The notes under the pieces are model-generated. The model made no database searches. It was not told where the DNA came from and worked only from the letters and a program-made list of their open reading frames with translations. From positions 1 to 48,568 of the forward strand of contig CAZGYJ010000001.1 of NCBI GenBank assembly GCA_964530345.1: 48,568 nucleotides of DNA. Direction: 5' to 3'. Position numbers and translations under genes: made by a program. The first letter of the stretch is position 1. Each line of letters starts with the position of its first letter. Of this stretch, positions 8,533 through 18,922 are shown piece after piece. This DNA is from an uncultured Methylomonas sp. Its GTDB lineage: Bacteria; Pseudomonadota; Gammaproteobacteria; Methylococcales; Methylomonadaceae.

Positions 8533-10830
8533 CTATTTATTGTTCCAATATTTACCGTGTTTATCACGCCATGTTTCCATTTTCATTGATCTTCTACTGA
8601 AGTTGATTGAAATTGCTCCGGTTTTTGCAACATTAACCAATTGAATCCCTCTAAGCCTGTATCGTTCTAATATCTCTTTGTGAGGAAAACCAAACCGATT
8701 TAGGTAACCAACTGGAAACAAAACAATTTTTGGTTTAACTTGGTCAAGAAAAGCAATGCTTGATGAACTCTTACTGCCATGATGAGGCGCAACCAGCACA
8801 TCAGCCTGTAACTTCTTCCCGTAAGTAGTAACCAACCAATTCTCAGCTGGCTTTTCAATATCACCCGTCAATAAAAACTTTCCAGTTGTTGTTGTCACTA
8901 ATAGCACGCAGGAATTGTCATTTTCACTGTCAAAAATATTTCCCTTAGGTGACATAATCGCAAATTCAATCCCATCCCAGACCCATTGTTGACCTGCAGT
9001 ACAAATAGTCGGCTTATATTCAATTAGTTTTTCTGGAACGCTAGTAATAATTTTTTTTACCTGAATACCTTCTATCAAAGATTTCGATCCTCCAATGTGA
9101 TCATTATCACCATGACTAATGACCAAGGTATCGACCTTGTTTATTTGATTGAATCGTAAAAATGGTATTAATACATTGTTTCCACTATCATAATACTGCG
9201 AATATTTAGCTCCAGCATCAAAAATCAAGCTATGATTCGCGGTTTGAATGACTGCTGATAACCCTTGACCAACATCTAGCAAAGTCAATTTTGCTTCACC
9301 TGGTTTTATCTGTTCGGTAACCGGAAAAACCAATGGCAAAATCAGACATCCTCCAAGCCATCTTGCAGGTATCCCCTTTGGCGCTAAAAACCATAGTATT
9401 CCAAATATCGCCAATCCAATGGTGAACAAATCAGGCTGCGGCCTATTCACCACAGCAATTGGCAAATCTGAAAAAAAAACTAACGCATTCCATAGCTGCT
9501 GGAAAACATAATCGATCAGCTTTAACAAACCCTGCAACCAAGTTAAACTAAAGAACAATCCAATACCCGCCAATAAACATAAAGGCACAATCATCAAACC
9601 AACAATAGGAACAGCGATCAGATTTGCGATTGGAGCAACCACTGAGGTCTGTTGAAAAAACAATATTAAGAATGGTGCTAAGCCTATTGCGGTGACAAAA
9701 TGAATGCTAACTGCACTTTTCCAATATCCGGGTCTTCTCAGCCTTCCACCCAAGACGAAAATAATCATTGCAACAGCGGAAAATGAAAGCCAAAATCCTG
9801 CATTCAAAACAGCCAACGGATCAAAAATAAGCACAAACAGAATCGCTACCGCCAGAGTATGATACGAGCGGGTCTGCTTGTCGGCAAAAATGGCAAGCAT
9901 TACCATACTCAACATAATCAAAGCCCTTTGTGTAGGCACAGAAAAACCGGCTAAAGATGAATATAAAATCGCAACAATGATAGCCGCCAGGGCGGCAATT
10001 TTTGCAGGCAGCCATCTTAAAATACCTGTTCGCAACCATATCTTGATCACTAAAAAAAATACAATCCCCGCTATCATCCCGATATGCAATCCGGAAATTG
10101 CCATCAAATGTACAGTTCCGGTTTTACGTAAAACCTTCCATTGGGCCTGACTGATTGATGACTTATCTCCGATAATCAGCGCTTTTATTAATCCAAAAAA
10201 TTTAATAGTGTCCGAGTGATTTTGTAACCGTCTTGCAATTCTTTCCCGCCAGGTATCAATTCCTTGCCACCCAGCCCTTTCAGCTATCAACAATGGCTCA
10301 GGTTTATTCCTGACATAGCCTGTTGCACCGATATTCTTAACAAACAACCATTGCTCATAATCAAACCCACCTGGATTCATATTGCCATGCGGAGGTTTTA
10401 GCCTGACGGTAAGTCGCCAAACCTGACCTACTTTTAAGGTTGTTTTTGGGTAATACCAGGAAAGTCTTATTTTGTCAGGGACGCCATTTTTTGGCTCATG
10501 CAACAAAAAATTAAACCGAACCTTGCGTTCATCAATTTGCGGCAGATCTATTACCCGCCCGTGAATCTGTATATCTTTTCCGGCCAGTTCTTCAGGAAGT
10601 TGCGTGGATAAATGATCAAAGGCAATAAAAAATGTCCAGCTAAAACCTATTAAAAGACAAGCGAACAACCACCATTTCTTCAAAAGTGAAAAAATAGTTA
10701 GTGAAATCAGCAGAAAAATCCAACGAGAATCCGGCAAATATTCAATTTGCTGGAAAATCAAAATGCCGGCAATAAATAATAATACCGAAACGATCATCCG
10801 AACCAGGGCAAGAAAAATACGACAGGCCAA
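8533..10830 (-). CDS. comEC: DNA internalization-related competence protein ComEC/Rec2
   Basis: 765 aa. Polytopic competence domain plus a C-terminal metallo-beta-lactamase domain (VISHGDNDHIGG, APHHGS). TTG start in the ORF track. The lolCD / DUF2062 / comEC order matches other gammaproteobacteria, as I recall it. Confidence 0.9.
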   Translation of the reverse strand: MACRIFLALVRMIVSVLLFIAGILIFQQIEYLPDSRWIFLLISLTIFSLLKKWWLFACLLIGFSWTFFIAFDHLSTQLPEELAGKDIQIHGRVIDLPQIDERKVRFNFLLHEPKNGVPDKIRLSWYYPKTTLKVGQVWRLTVRLKPPHGNMNPGGFDYEQWLFVKNIGATGYVRNKPEPLLIAERAGWQGIDTWRERIARRLQNHSDTIKFFGLIKALIIGDKSSISQAQWKVLRKTGTVHLMAISGLHIGMIAGIVFFLVIKIWLRTGILRWLPAKIAALAAIIVAILYSSLAGFSVPTQRALIMLSMVMLAIFADKQTRSYHTLAVAILFVLIFDPLAVLNAGFWLSFSAVAMIIFVLGGRLRRPGYWKSAVSIHFVTAIGLAPFLILFFQQTSVVAPIANLIAVPIVGLMIVPLCLLAGIGLFFSLTWLQGLLKLIDYVFQQLWNALVFFSDLPIAVVNRPQPDLFTIGLAIFGILWFLAPKGIPARWLGGCLILPLVFPVTEQIKPGEAKLTLLDVGQGLSAVIQTANHSLIFDAGAKYSQYYDSGNNVLIPFLRFNQINKVDTLVISHGDNDHIGGSKSLIEGIQVKKIITSVPEKLIEYKPTICTAGQQWVWDGIEFAIMSPKGNIFDSENDNSCVLLVTTTTGKFLLTGDIEKPAENWLVTTYGKKLQADVLVAPHHGSKSSSSIAFLDQVKPKIVLFPVGYLNRFGFPHKEILERYRLRGIQLVNVAKTGAISINFSRRSMKMETWRDKHGKYWNNK

Positions 10831-10907
10831 ACACTACTCAACATGAGTATAATACTAGAGTACCCTAGCGGTTAAATTCGACTTTTTTTAATTTGAAATG
10901 ATCAAAC

Positions 10908-11429
10908 ATGGCAAAAAAAATAATCCAGCAATTCATGCCTGACCAGAATGCAATTAAAGATCACAAACATTTGCAGTTTCTTGGGGAACAGTTGCACGAA
11001 CCCAATTTATGGCATTTGAATCGTCATTCAGTGGCTAAAGCTTTTGCCGTAGGTTTATTTGTCGCTTGGTTACCAATACCGGGACAGATGATAGTAGCCG
11101 CGTTGGCCGCGTTATATTTCCGGGCAAATTTGGCTATCTCTGTTGCTTTGGTATGGATAACCAATCCCCTGACATGGGTACCGCTATTTTATTTTGCTTA
11201 TCGGGTAGGATTAGTCGTAACCGGACTTACACCCCCAGCACAAAACTTTGATTTTACCTATGGAAATGTTATTGTTCATCTGGATGCTTTATGGGCACCA
11301 TTATTTTTTGGCAGCCTGCTATTAAGCACTCTCTGCGCCATTGCTGGTTATTTTGGTATTCAATATTTCTGGCGCTGGTATGTCACCAAAAAATGGCAGC
11401 ATCGAAGAAAATTAAGAAAAGAACAATAG
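10908..11429 (+). CDS. DUF2062-like membrane protein
   Basis: 173 aa with 3 hydrophobic helices, in the conserved position between lolD and comEC. Confidence 0.6.
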   Translation: MAKKIIQQFMPDQNAIKDHKHLQFLGEQLHEPNLWHLNRHSVAKAFAVGLFVAWLPIPGQMIVAALAALYFRANLAISVALVWITNPLTWVPLFYFAYRVGLVVTGLTPPAQNFDFTYGNVIVHLDALWAPLFFGSLLLSTLCAIAGYFGIQYFWRWYVTKKWQHRRKLRKEQ

Positions 11430-11466
11430 CAGTGGTACTGGTGAAAAAATAAAGAAAGAGCTATCT

Positions 11467-12144
11467 CTAAACAATTACCCCATCTTCCATATGTAATACG
11501 GTATCCATCCTTTCAGCCAACTCAGGATCGTGAGTGACCACCAAAAAACTTACCCCCAATTCCCTGTTTAACTCTAACATCAACTGATAAACATGCTCGG
11601 CAGTTTTACTATCCAGATTACCAGTAGGCTCATCAGCAAGTACGCATTTTGGCTTATTAATCAGGGCTCTGGCTACGGCTGCTCGCTGCCTTTCACCACC
11701 TGAAAGCTCACCCGGTTTATGTTCAATTCGATGCCCGAGACCGACTCTTTCTAAAAGAGTCTTGGCTTGCAGACTGGCATTTTTTACTGAAACACCTCCA
11801 ATCAGCAAGGGCATTGCCACATTTTCCAAAACGGTAAATTCACCTAATAGATGGTGAAATTGATAAATAAACCCTAATGACCGGTTCCTTAATTTGCTCA
11901 ACTTGCTCGAGCTGACTTGTTGTAAATTAATACCGTCCAGAATCACTTTTCCGGAAGTAGGTTTGTCCAAACCACCCAACAAATGCAGTAAAGTGCTCTT
12001 TCCTGAACCAGAGGCTCCCATAATTGCAACACGTTCGCCGATTTTAATATCCAGATTAACACCCTTTAATACTTCGACATCCAATTCACCTTGTTGAAAA
12101 CGTTTTTTCAATTGATGACACTGAATAATACTACAGCTATTCAT
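11467..12144 (-). CDS. lolD: Lipoprotein-releasing ABC transporter ATP-binding protein
   Basis: 225 aa. Walker [10 protein letters not shown], signature LSGGERQR, Walker [12 protein letters not shown]. 8-nt overlap with the upstream permease gene. Confidence 0.9.
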   Translation of the reverse strand: MNSCSIIQCHQLKKRFQQGELDVEVLKGVNLDIKIGERVAIMGASGSGKSTLLHLLGGLDKPTSGKVILDGINLQQVSSSKLSKLRNRSLGFIYQFHHLLGEFTVLENVAMPLLIGGVSVKNASLQAKTLLERVGLGHRIEHKPGELSGGERQRAAVARALINKPKCVLADEPTGNLDSKTAEHVYQLMLELNRELGVSFLVVTHDPELAERMDTVLHMEDGVIV

Positions 12145-13384
12145 AACGAAGTACTTCCGCGGGGTTTACTTTTGAGGCTTGCCAGGCAGGATAAATGGTC
12201 GCTAATAGCGACAAAACAAATGCTATGCCTGCAACCGTATATACATCAGACCAAATTAATTTTGATGGTAGCTCGCTAATTGAATAAACATCTGGCGCCA
12301 TAAACTTTACCTCAAAAAACTGCTCAATGGCTGGAACTATCGTTTCAACATTTAAAGCCAGTAACACACCAAAGATCACACCCATTATCGTGCCGAATAA
12401 TCCTATAATAGTTCCCAGTACCATAAAAATCCCCATCACTGATGACGCGGTTAATCCTTGGGTTTTTAAGATGGCGATATCACCATGTTTATCCGTTACC
12501 ACCATCACCAGGGTAGAAACAATATTAAAAGCGGCAACCGCTACAATTAGCAGCAGAATAATAAACATGACTTTTTTCTCAGTTTGTATCGCTTTGTAGA
12601 AATTACTGTGTGCTTTGGTCCAATCACTAACCTGATATTTGCTGTAATATCGGTTAGCAAGTTCCTGTGTGATCCTGGGCGCATTAAATAAGTCATCCAG
12701 CTTCAACCTGAGGCCAGAAACATGATCGCCCAACTGAAAAAGTTTAGCTGCATCTTTGATGTTAATTAATGCCATGTTACGGTCATATTCATACATGCCA
12801 ATTTGAAACACGCCGACAACAGTAAACCGACGTAACCGAGGTAAAATACCAGCAGGTGTGGAATTTATTTGTGGGCTAATGACAGTAATTTTGTCGCCGG
12901 GAATCACGCCCAAATAATTTGCCAACTCTCCGCCTAATATTATTCTGTATTTTCCCGGCTCCAATAACTCTAATTTCCCAGCCTTCATTTTGCTCCCTAC
13001 TTCAGAAACCTGGGATTCCATTGCTGGGTCAATTCCTCTTAACAATGTTCCGCTAACTCTGCGATCAGCATTAATCATAACCTGCCCACGGACAAAAGGA
13101 GCGGCTCCCTCAACATGCGGAAATTCTAAAACTTCCTGCTGTAAATTCTTCCAATCTTTCAAGCGTCCATTAAAGCCGGTAATAGTCGTATGCGATGTCA
13201 TGCCCAGAATACGCTCTCTGAGTTCAGCTTCAAATCCGTTCATCACTGACAATACGGTAATTAACGCCGTCACACCAAGAGCAATTCCAAGAATAGATGT
13301 TAGCGTAATAAAAGAAATAAACTGGGTTCTACGTTTTGCACGCGTGTACCTCAGTCCAATAAATAAAACAAGGGGTTTAAACAT
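12137..13384 (-). CDS. lolC: Lipoprotein-releasing system transmembrane subunit (LolC/LolE family; the only copy adjacent to lolD)
   Basis: 415 aa. MacB/FtsX topology (TM1, large periplasmic domain, three C-terminal TMs). Typical LolC/E N-terminus [12 protein letters not shown]. Confidence 0.9.
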   Translation of the reverse strand: MFKPLVLFIGLRYTRAKRRTQFISFITLTSILGIALGVTALITVLSVMNGFEAELRERILGMTSHTTITGFNGRLKDWKNLQQEVLEFPHVEGAAPFVRGQVMINADRRVSGTLLRGIDPAMESQVSEVGSKMKAGKLELLEPGKYRIILGGELANYLGVIPGDKITVISPQINSTPAGILPRLRRFTVVGVFQIGMYEYDRNMALINIKDAAKLFQLGDHVSGLRLKLDDLFNAPRITQELANRYYSKYQVSDWTKAHSNFYKAIQTEKKVMFIILLLIVAVAAFNIVSTLVMVVTDKHGDIAILKTQGLTASSVMGIFMVLGTIIGLFGTIMGVIFGVLLALNVETIVPAIEQFFEVKFMAPDVYSISELPSKLIWSDVYTVAGIAFVLSLLATIYPAWQASKVNPAEVLRYE

Positions 13385-13403
13385 GAAAAAGTAACCGGAA
13401 AAG

Positions 13404-13823
13404 CTAAGAAGATGATTTACAGGACGAACAAAGTCCGTAAAGGCAAAGACTGTGATCGGTTAATTCATAACCATGTTCTTTGGCTATTTCCTTTTGCCTT
13501 TTTTCTATCCCAGCATCCGTAAATTCATCAACTCGTCCACATTTTACGCAAACGATATGGTCGTGGTGGTCACCACGATTGAGTTCAAAAACTGAATTAC
13601 CTCCCTCAAAATGATGACGCGTTACCAAGCCCGCTGCTTCAAATTGAGTTAACACACGGTAAACTGTAGCCAGACCAATTTCTTCCTTTTCACTTAACAG
13701 AATTTTATAAACTTGCTCGGCAGTTAAGTGCCTGACTTCTTCCTGTTTCTCTAAAATTTCCAGAATTTTAATCCTTGGTAAAGTTACCTTCAGTCCAGCA
13801 TTTCTTAAATCTTGTGTTTCCAA
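13404..13823 (-). CDS. fur: Ferric uptake regulator
   Basis: 139 aa. GLKVTLPRIKILEIL, ATVYRVLTQFEAAGLV, HHDHIVCVKCGRVDEF, C-terminal CSSC. TTG start preceded by GAGGAA. Confidence 0.92.
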   Translation of the reverse strand: METQDLRNAGLKVTLPRIKILEILEKQEEVRHLTAEQVYKILLSEKEEIGLATVYRVLTQFEAAGLVTRHHFEGGNSVFELNRGDHHDHIVCVKCGRVDEFTDAGIEKRQKEIAKEHGYELTDHSLCLYGLCSSCKSSS

Positions 13824-14067
13824 TTCAATTTCCTCAAAATCCTTCCAGACCTAGCGCTCAAAGCCTGAATCGCACAACACTATCTTCAAGCCAAAAACAG
13901 AATTATTTTTGTCATTTTCCATACGACAGGCAAAATCTTAATTGATTTTCAATTTGATAAGATTCTATTGTAACTTTTTTTCTTGTTACTTATCACATCA
14001 GTTTTTTAGAATTATCTAAGAACTTCAGGTATTATTTCTACTTTGTATTATTTTTGCTTGTTTATAC

Positions 14068-14808
14068 ATGAGAAAATTCACTCAATCATTACTTTTGTTA
14101 ATCGTCATTCCTTTAATTTCATGCTCAACGACAACATACCATATCCCTGGCGTATACCGGATCGATATTCAGCAAGGTAATATTTTCGATCAAAATATGA
14201 TTGATCAACTTCGCCCTAATATGACAAAACGTCAAGTATTATATGTAATGGGCTCACCCATGCTGATCGACATTTTTCATAAAAACCGATGGGACTACAT
14301 TTACTTAGAACAACTTGGAGGAAAGCCACACAAACAACAAAAGTTATCACTTTTATTTGATAAAGATTTACTTGTTGGTGTACAAGGAGATTATAAACCC
14401 AGCGCACTCCCTGTCGCTAAAGTTAATACAGAAACCACCATTGAAGTACCTAAACGTCAGGAAAAGAAAACAGTATTTGGTGAAATTGTAAAATTTTTCA
14501 GTTTTAAAAATGATCAGCCGACCACCCATACTGAAAATAAACCTGACATTGAAAAACAAACAACACCGGAAATTCCTGAACCAGATAGCAAAGAATCTGA
14601 GCCTTCTGCTGAAGAATCAGAATCAAACTTGGTACCAACTGATACTAGTATTAATGAGCCAACTTTAGCCAATCATGCCTCAACTGATGCGGATGATAAA
14701 GCTATCAATCTTGGCCAAAAAATTGAAAAACAAACAAAACCTACTTCAAACAAAACTGATGAATTAAGTAAGCCTCCCGCCCTTGAAACGACATCTGAGC
14801 TGCATTAA
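14068..14808 (+). CDS. bamE: Outer membrane protein assembly factor BamE (SmpA/OmlA) with a long low-complexity C-terminal extension
   Basis: 246 aa. Lipobox LISC. BamE core (IQQGNIFDQNMIDQLRPNMTKRQVLYVMGSPML). The last ~120 aa are rich in E/T/P/K/S. Divergent from fur, a conserved fur/omlA arrangement. Confidence 0.8.
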   Translation: MRKFTQSLLLLIVIPLISCSTTTYHIPGVYRIDIQQGNIFDQNMIDQLRPNMTKRQVLYVMGSPMLIDIFHKNRWDYIYLEQLGGKPHKQQKLSLLFDKDLLVGVQGDYKPSALPVAKVNTETTIEVPKRQEKKTVFGEIVKFFSFKNDQPTTHTENKPDIEKQTTPEIPEPDSKESEPSAEESESNLVPTDTSINEPTLANHASTDADDKAINLGQKIEKQTKPTSNKTDELSKPPALETTSELH

Positions 14809-14832
14809 CTTAAGCCTCAAATTCATGTTAAT

Positions 14833-15687
14833 TCATTTCATTAAATAAATCGCCTGCTCCAAGGCTTCATTAAATTTCTTTGGCGCTTCCTGTGGAATAA
14901 AATGCCCAACGTCAGAAACGAAAACAATTTTATCTCTGATAATTGGCATATTTTTATGTAATGCGTTGATATGCACAAATGGAATTGGTAGGTTTTCATG
15001 GATCTGCTGATAATCATCAGCCATCCATTCCAGCAAATGGACAAATGCACTAATGCCAACCTGCTCAGGGCCAGATGCCATATCAGATGCAATTTCATTT
15101 ACAAGCGCTGGATTCTCATTCTCAGGAAACATACTAGACACCAGCTTATAAGTTTGCTCTTTGAAATTTTCCTTAAATGGTGCAACGACCTCTTGAATTT
15201 CATCTTTCTCAGGCCATTGAAATCCCGTTGCAAATGAATCAACAGCAATCACACCAATTATTTTACCAGGCAAATGATTGGCCGCCTCTAATGCCACGGG
15301 ACCGCCCATAGAGTGGCCAACCAAAATTACTTTTTCTAGATGTAGTTTATTTATAACAACTGCCACATCATCAGCAAATTTACCGATTGTATAATCCCTT
15401 CTTTCCAAACCTGATTGCCCGTGTCCAGCCAAATCTATCGTAACCACCCGGTATTTGGATTTAAAATAATCAACCTGTTTCTGCCAATAACTACTATCAC
15501 ACATCCAGCAATGAATAAACACCAGTGCTGTATCACCTTGCCCAACATCAGAATAATGAATTCTAACTGTGTCTTTTGACTGAACAAAAGATCCAAGCTG
15601 TTTTACATTTAAACTAGTACAACTAGCCAATCCCAAAAAAATCGAAACAAGCAAAAGTTCTAGTATTTTATTTATTTTTCCGTTCAC
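14833..15687 (-). CDS. Alpha/beta-fold hydrolase, probable lipoprotein
   Basis: 284 aa. Lipobox LGLASC, oxyanion motif FIHCW, nucleophile elbow GHSMGG, C-terminal DVGHF. GTG start. Confidence 0.8.
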   Translation of the reverse strand: MNGKINKILELLLVSIFLGLASCTSLNVKQLGSFVQSKDTVRIHYSDVGQGDTALVFIHCWMCDSSYWQKQVDYFKSKYRVVTIDLAGHGQSGLERRDYTIGKFADDVAVVINKLHLEKVILVGHSMGGPVALEAANHLPGKIIGVIAVDSFATGFQWPEKDEIQEVVAPFKENFKEQTYKLVSSMFPENENPALVNEIASDMASGPEQVGISAFVHLLEWMADDYQQIHENLPIPFVHINALHKNMPIIRDKIVFVSDVGHFIPQEAPKKFNEALEQAIYLMK

Positions 15688-16163
15688 TTTGTTTAATTTC
15701 TGTTTATCTTGGCCATATTATAAACTTAACGGCCAATTAAAGCATTGATATTTATACTTCAAAACAAACAAAGAAGGGGAAAGCAATTATGCCGCCTAAA
15801 GGCGTAGGACTTACGGACCTCAATCGGAAACTTTTAATTTTTTGAGGCTAATGTTCTTTTGGAAATTATATCCATTCATCTTTTAAGTGCGCCTGCATTT
15901 TTTCTGTAGCAATTAGCTTTTCTTTATTGGTCTCAGTTTGTGGATATTTTTTTACTGATAATATACTGAATGTAGTGAGGTATTTTTGACAGTGAACATC
16001 ATAATTCGTTGAAATAACTTTCAATTAATTATTTAATTCCTTTTGAATCAACTATGGCAATCCCCTTTCGTATTTATCATCATGAAGGAGGCTAGATTAG
16101 TTCGCCTCCTATAATCAATCTTAAATTGTTTCTACCAAGTTAGTAAATTGTCTTCGATTCAAT

Positions 16164-16541
16164 TTATTTCTTTTTTTTGGTTTTCTTTACTTTTTTCTTT
16201 TTATTTTTCTTTTTTATCTCTTGCTTTTTTTTATCTTTTTTATCTGCTTTAATTTTTTTTGTTTTTTTCTTCTTAGTATTTACTGCGCTTCCGCCTTTAA
16301 AACGTATATCGCTTCTATTTTTTTGTATTGTTTTTTTCCCAATCCCTTTTACATTTCCCAGATCTTCAATGTTTTTAAATGCACCGTGTTTGTTTCTATA
16401 TTTTACTATTGCATTCGCCTTTTTTATTCCAATTCCTTTTAAATTTGATGCAATTGTTTTAGCATCTGCAGAATTCACGTTCACTGGCTCTGCATATACA
16501 TTAAATGACAATGTAGTTAGCAATAAAATCAAATATCTCAT
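16164..16541 (-). CDS. ComEA-family helix-hairpin-helix DNA-binding protein with a poly-lysine tail
   Basis: 125 aa. Signal peptide (NVYA|EP). Two HhH motifs (LKGIGIKKANAIV, VKGIGKKTIQKN). The last ~40 residues are almost entirely K. Confidence 0.8.
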   Translation of the reverse strand: MRYLILLLTTLSFNVYAEPVNVNSADAKTIASNLKGIGIKKANAIVKYRNKHGAFKNIEDLGNVKGIGKKTIQKNRSDIRFKGGSAVNTKKKKTKKIKADKKDKKKQEIKKKNKKKKVKKTKKKK

Positions 16542-16638
16542 TAAATTCCTCTTAGTTAATTAAACAATCACATAAAACTTGTAATTCAACATCAAGTATA
16601 GTCCAGATATTCTGTTATACGTACCTTTAAAGCCACAT

Positions 16639-16672
16639 AAAAAAACCCCTGCCACCTAAAAGGCGACAGGGG
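16639..16672 (-). terminator. Rho-independent terminator of pmoCAB
   Basis: Minus strand reads cccctgtcgcc-tttta-ggtggcagggg followed by ttttttt. The stem is 11 bp including 2 G-U pairs. It lies ~45 nt after the pmoB stop. Confidence 0.85.
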
Positions 16673-16718
16673 CTTCATCCCTTAAATTGCTATGTAGTAA
16701 TTCTACACAATAATTTAT

Positions 16719-17966
16719 TTAGATAAATACAGGGATTAATGGTGCATCAACAGTTACCATTTGACGGTTACCGCTTTCATCAAAGAAAAACAGCAATCCA
16801 GCAAAACGACTATCTGGGTCATATACCAAGTCAGCTAAACGATATACTTCCCAAGCTGCGTCAGAACAAGTCACTTCAATAGTTCTTGTTTCACCTGGAG
16901 CAATTGGGCTGTTATCGCTTTGAGTCATACCGTTTTCTGCTAACAGATCATCTGGATAACCAGAATCATCTTCATAGACATCAGCGTCTAAGAAACGAAC
17001 AGATGCTGTATTGAACTCACCCAAACGTACTGGTGAATCACCATTGTTTGTGATTGTCAATGTCATCTGCATCGCACGACCTGGAACACGATAAGATGCG
17101 TCTTCAACTTTAACAGCGACAGTTGGCTCAGGCATTTCAATCCATTTGATACCACGAATCAAACCTGCTTGCAACGGAGTTGTTACAGGATATTTCTCGT
17201 TAGTTGCACTCATTGACATTGCAACGATTGCAATTGTGCCAACCATAAAGCCTATACCTACTTTTTTATCAGTTGGTGTAATCAAAGAATCGGCTTTACC
17301 TGACTCAACAGCAAGGTGACGTACGATGAATTGTGGTTTTTTGACCCAATAACCCAACCATGCCAAGCCAAACAAATACCAGAAACCATGCCAGAAATAG
17401 ATTGTATCTACCAAAGCATAAGTTTCTAAGTCAATTGTTTCGCCAGTCAACGTTGTTATAGGGTTAACAAAAGATCCCATAGACCCGTGAATGGTTACCC
17501 ATTTACCAGGACCGATGATTGGACCACCACCTTGTACATTCATCATAGCGTGAACATGCCAGTCTCCTGGACGACGTGCTTTTAGTAAAACCTTAAATTC
17601 ATAAGTTTTACCCAGCTCCAATGAGATTGAACGTGGCACCAATTGACCACCAACCCAAGAACCTGCACGAATAAATACAGGGCCTGGAATACCGATGTTC
17701 AAAAATGATACTTCTGGCTTATCAACAGTTTCTGGCCATCCAGCAAATACGTGGAACTTACCATCAAGAGTCATAGTCTCATTAACGTTCAGCTCATCTT
17801 TAGACCAATGCAGATCGTACCAGTGAATAGTACGCATTCGCATGAAAGCTGCCTGAGATTTTTCACCATGAGCAGAAGCTGTTGGCGTATAAAACATTGC
17901 CGCTGACAGTGATAATAGCAATGCTACAAAGGATAACTTTGCAACCTTGTCTTTTATTATTTTCAT
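16719..17966 (-). CDS. pmoB: Particulate methane monooxygenase subunit B
   Basis: 415 aa. Signal peptide ending ASA, then an N-terminal HGEKS (His-brace His). Two cupredoxin-like halves separated by two TM helices. GGAGG RBS. Confidence 0.97.
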   Translation of the reverse strand: MKIIKDKVAKLSFVALLLSLSAAMFYTPTASAHGEKSQAAFMRMRTIHWYDLHWSKDELNVNETMTLDGKFHVFAGWPETVDKPEVSFLNIGIPGPVFIRAGSWVGGQLVPRSISLELGKTYEFKVLLKARRPGDWHVHAMMNVQGGGPIIGPGKWVTIHGSMGSFVNPITTLTGETIDLETYALVDTIYFWHGFWYLFGLAWLGYWVKKPQFIVRHLAVESGKADSLITPTDKKVGIGFMVGTIAIVAMSMSATNEKYPVTTPLQAGLIRGIKWIEMPEPTVAVKVEDASYRVPGRAMQMTLTITNNGDSPVRLGEFNTASVRFLDADVYEDDSGYPDDLLAENGMTQSDNSPIAPGETRTIEVTCSDAAWEVYRLADLVYDPDSRFAGLLFFFDESGNRQMVTVDAPLIPVFI

Positions 17967-18062
17967 ATATCCTCCTCTTTAATAGAGAATCAATAGTTTT
18001 ATGTAAGGATTCCAGTAAAACTTAATGTTTCACTAATATTTCCAGTGTTCTTGATAAAAATC

Positions 18063-18806
18063 TTATATTGATTGAACAAATTTGGTGCTTGCGAACCATT
18101 GTCCAAAGAAATGCCATAAGAAGTAAATCAAGATACTTACGAAAGCAGAGAAGAACGCTGATACTGGAGCAACGTCTTTACCAAAGGTTCTTAATGTACC
18201 TTTTTCTACCATTCTGATGTACTCAGGAGTACCAGTTCTAACATAGTGGTAACCTTGTAAATCAGCCAAAGTAAACATCATACCGTTATATTCTACTGGT
18301 ACGTGTAAAGGCGCAATAACAGGCCAGTTACCAGGGTAGAACAATAAACCGTATGCCATACCACCAAGTACCGCAGTCAACACCATGCTACCAGATAGCA
18401 TCAAAATTACGTCCAAGACAACAGCGCCAGGAATTAAGTTTGATGGGAAACAAATGTTTACTGGGAAGTATGTCCAACCCCAGAAGTTCAAGTATCTGTT
18501 TACCCACTCGCCTAATAACAGACCGAGTACACAGACAACAGCACCATAAGGCAGACGATAACGCCACCAAAGACATGCTTGAACTGCAGCAGGGAAAGTA
18601 ATTGATACGATAGGTGCTACTGTTACCCAAAGACGTCTATCTTTCCAGTCAGACCAGAAATCCCAGTCACCGCCGGTTAACATGTAGTGAATGTGATAAC
18701 CACCTAAAACTACAAAAAATAGTGTAAAAAGAATCATCCAGTCAAACGTACGAGCAACCTTTACGGCTTCCGCACGTGATCTTACAGCTGATTGAGATGC
18801 GCTCAT
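18063..18806 (-). CDS. pmoA: Particulate methane monooxygenase subunit A
   Basis: 247 aa with typical type I PmoA sequence (GDWDFWSDWKDRRLWVTV, NYLNFWGWTYFPVN-like block, EYIRMVEKGTLRTFG). GGAGG RBS. Confidence 0.97.
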   Translation of the reverse strand: MSASQSAVRSRAEAVKVARTFDWMILFTLFFVVLGGYHIHYMLTGGDWDFWSDWKDRRLWVTVAPIVSITFPAAVQACLWWRYRLPYGAVVCVLGLLLGEWVNRYLNFWGWTYFPVNICFPSNLIPGAVVLDVILMLSGSMVLTAVLGGMAYGLLFYPGNWPVIAPLHVPVEYNGMMFTLADLQGYHYVRTGTPEYIRMVEKGTLRTFGKDVAPVSAFFSAFVSILIYFLWHFFGQWFASTKFVQSI

Positions 18807-18846
18807 TAGCTTACCTCCTAAAATTAAAATTATATTTTTTTATATT

Positions 18847-18892
18847 TCTCCCTTAGCGGTTACCCAGAAAACTCTGAGTAACCGCAAGGAGA
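18847..18892 (-). other. Imperfect long stem-loop in the pmoC-pmoA intergenic spacer
   Basis: gcggttac (18856-18863) pairs with gtaaccgc (18878-18885). An inner 4-bp extension and an outer tctcc/ggaga extension flank it. Confidence 0.5.
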
Positions 18893-18922
18893 TAGTACTT
18901 ACAACTTAGAAGCTTTTCAGCT

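Noticed and set aside
13940-13954. AT-rich palindrome aattga-ttt-tcaatt and nearby GATAAG-like hexamers in the fur/bamE divergent region, considered as a possible Fur autoregulation site
   Set aside because: The best alignment to the Fur consensus is only about 8-10 of 19. That cannot be distinguished from background in AT-rich intergenic DNA.
15789-15845. 18-codon mini-ORF (MPPKGVGLTDLNRKLLIF) with a purine-rich upstream stretch, in the 476-bp gap upstream of the hydrolase gene
   Set aside because: It is too short to support without conservation or ribosome-profiling evidence. The gap otherwise shows no tRNA-like or riboswitch-like structure that I can recognise.
16177-16563. Plus-strand ORFs of 128 and 73 aa, very Phe-rich
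   Set aside because: They are the reverse-complement reading of the poly-Lys (AAA/AAG) tract of the ComEA-like gene and are not plausible proteins.
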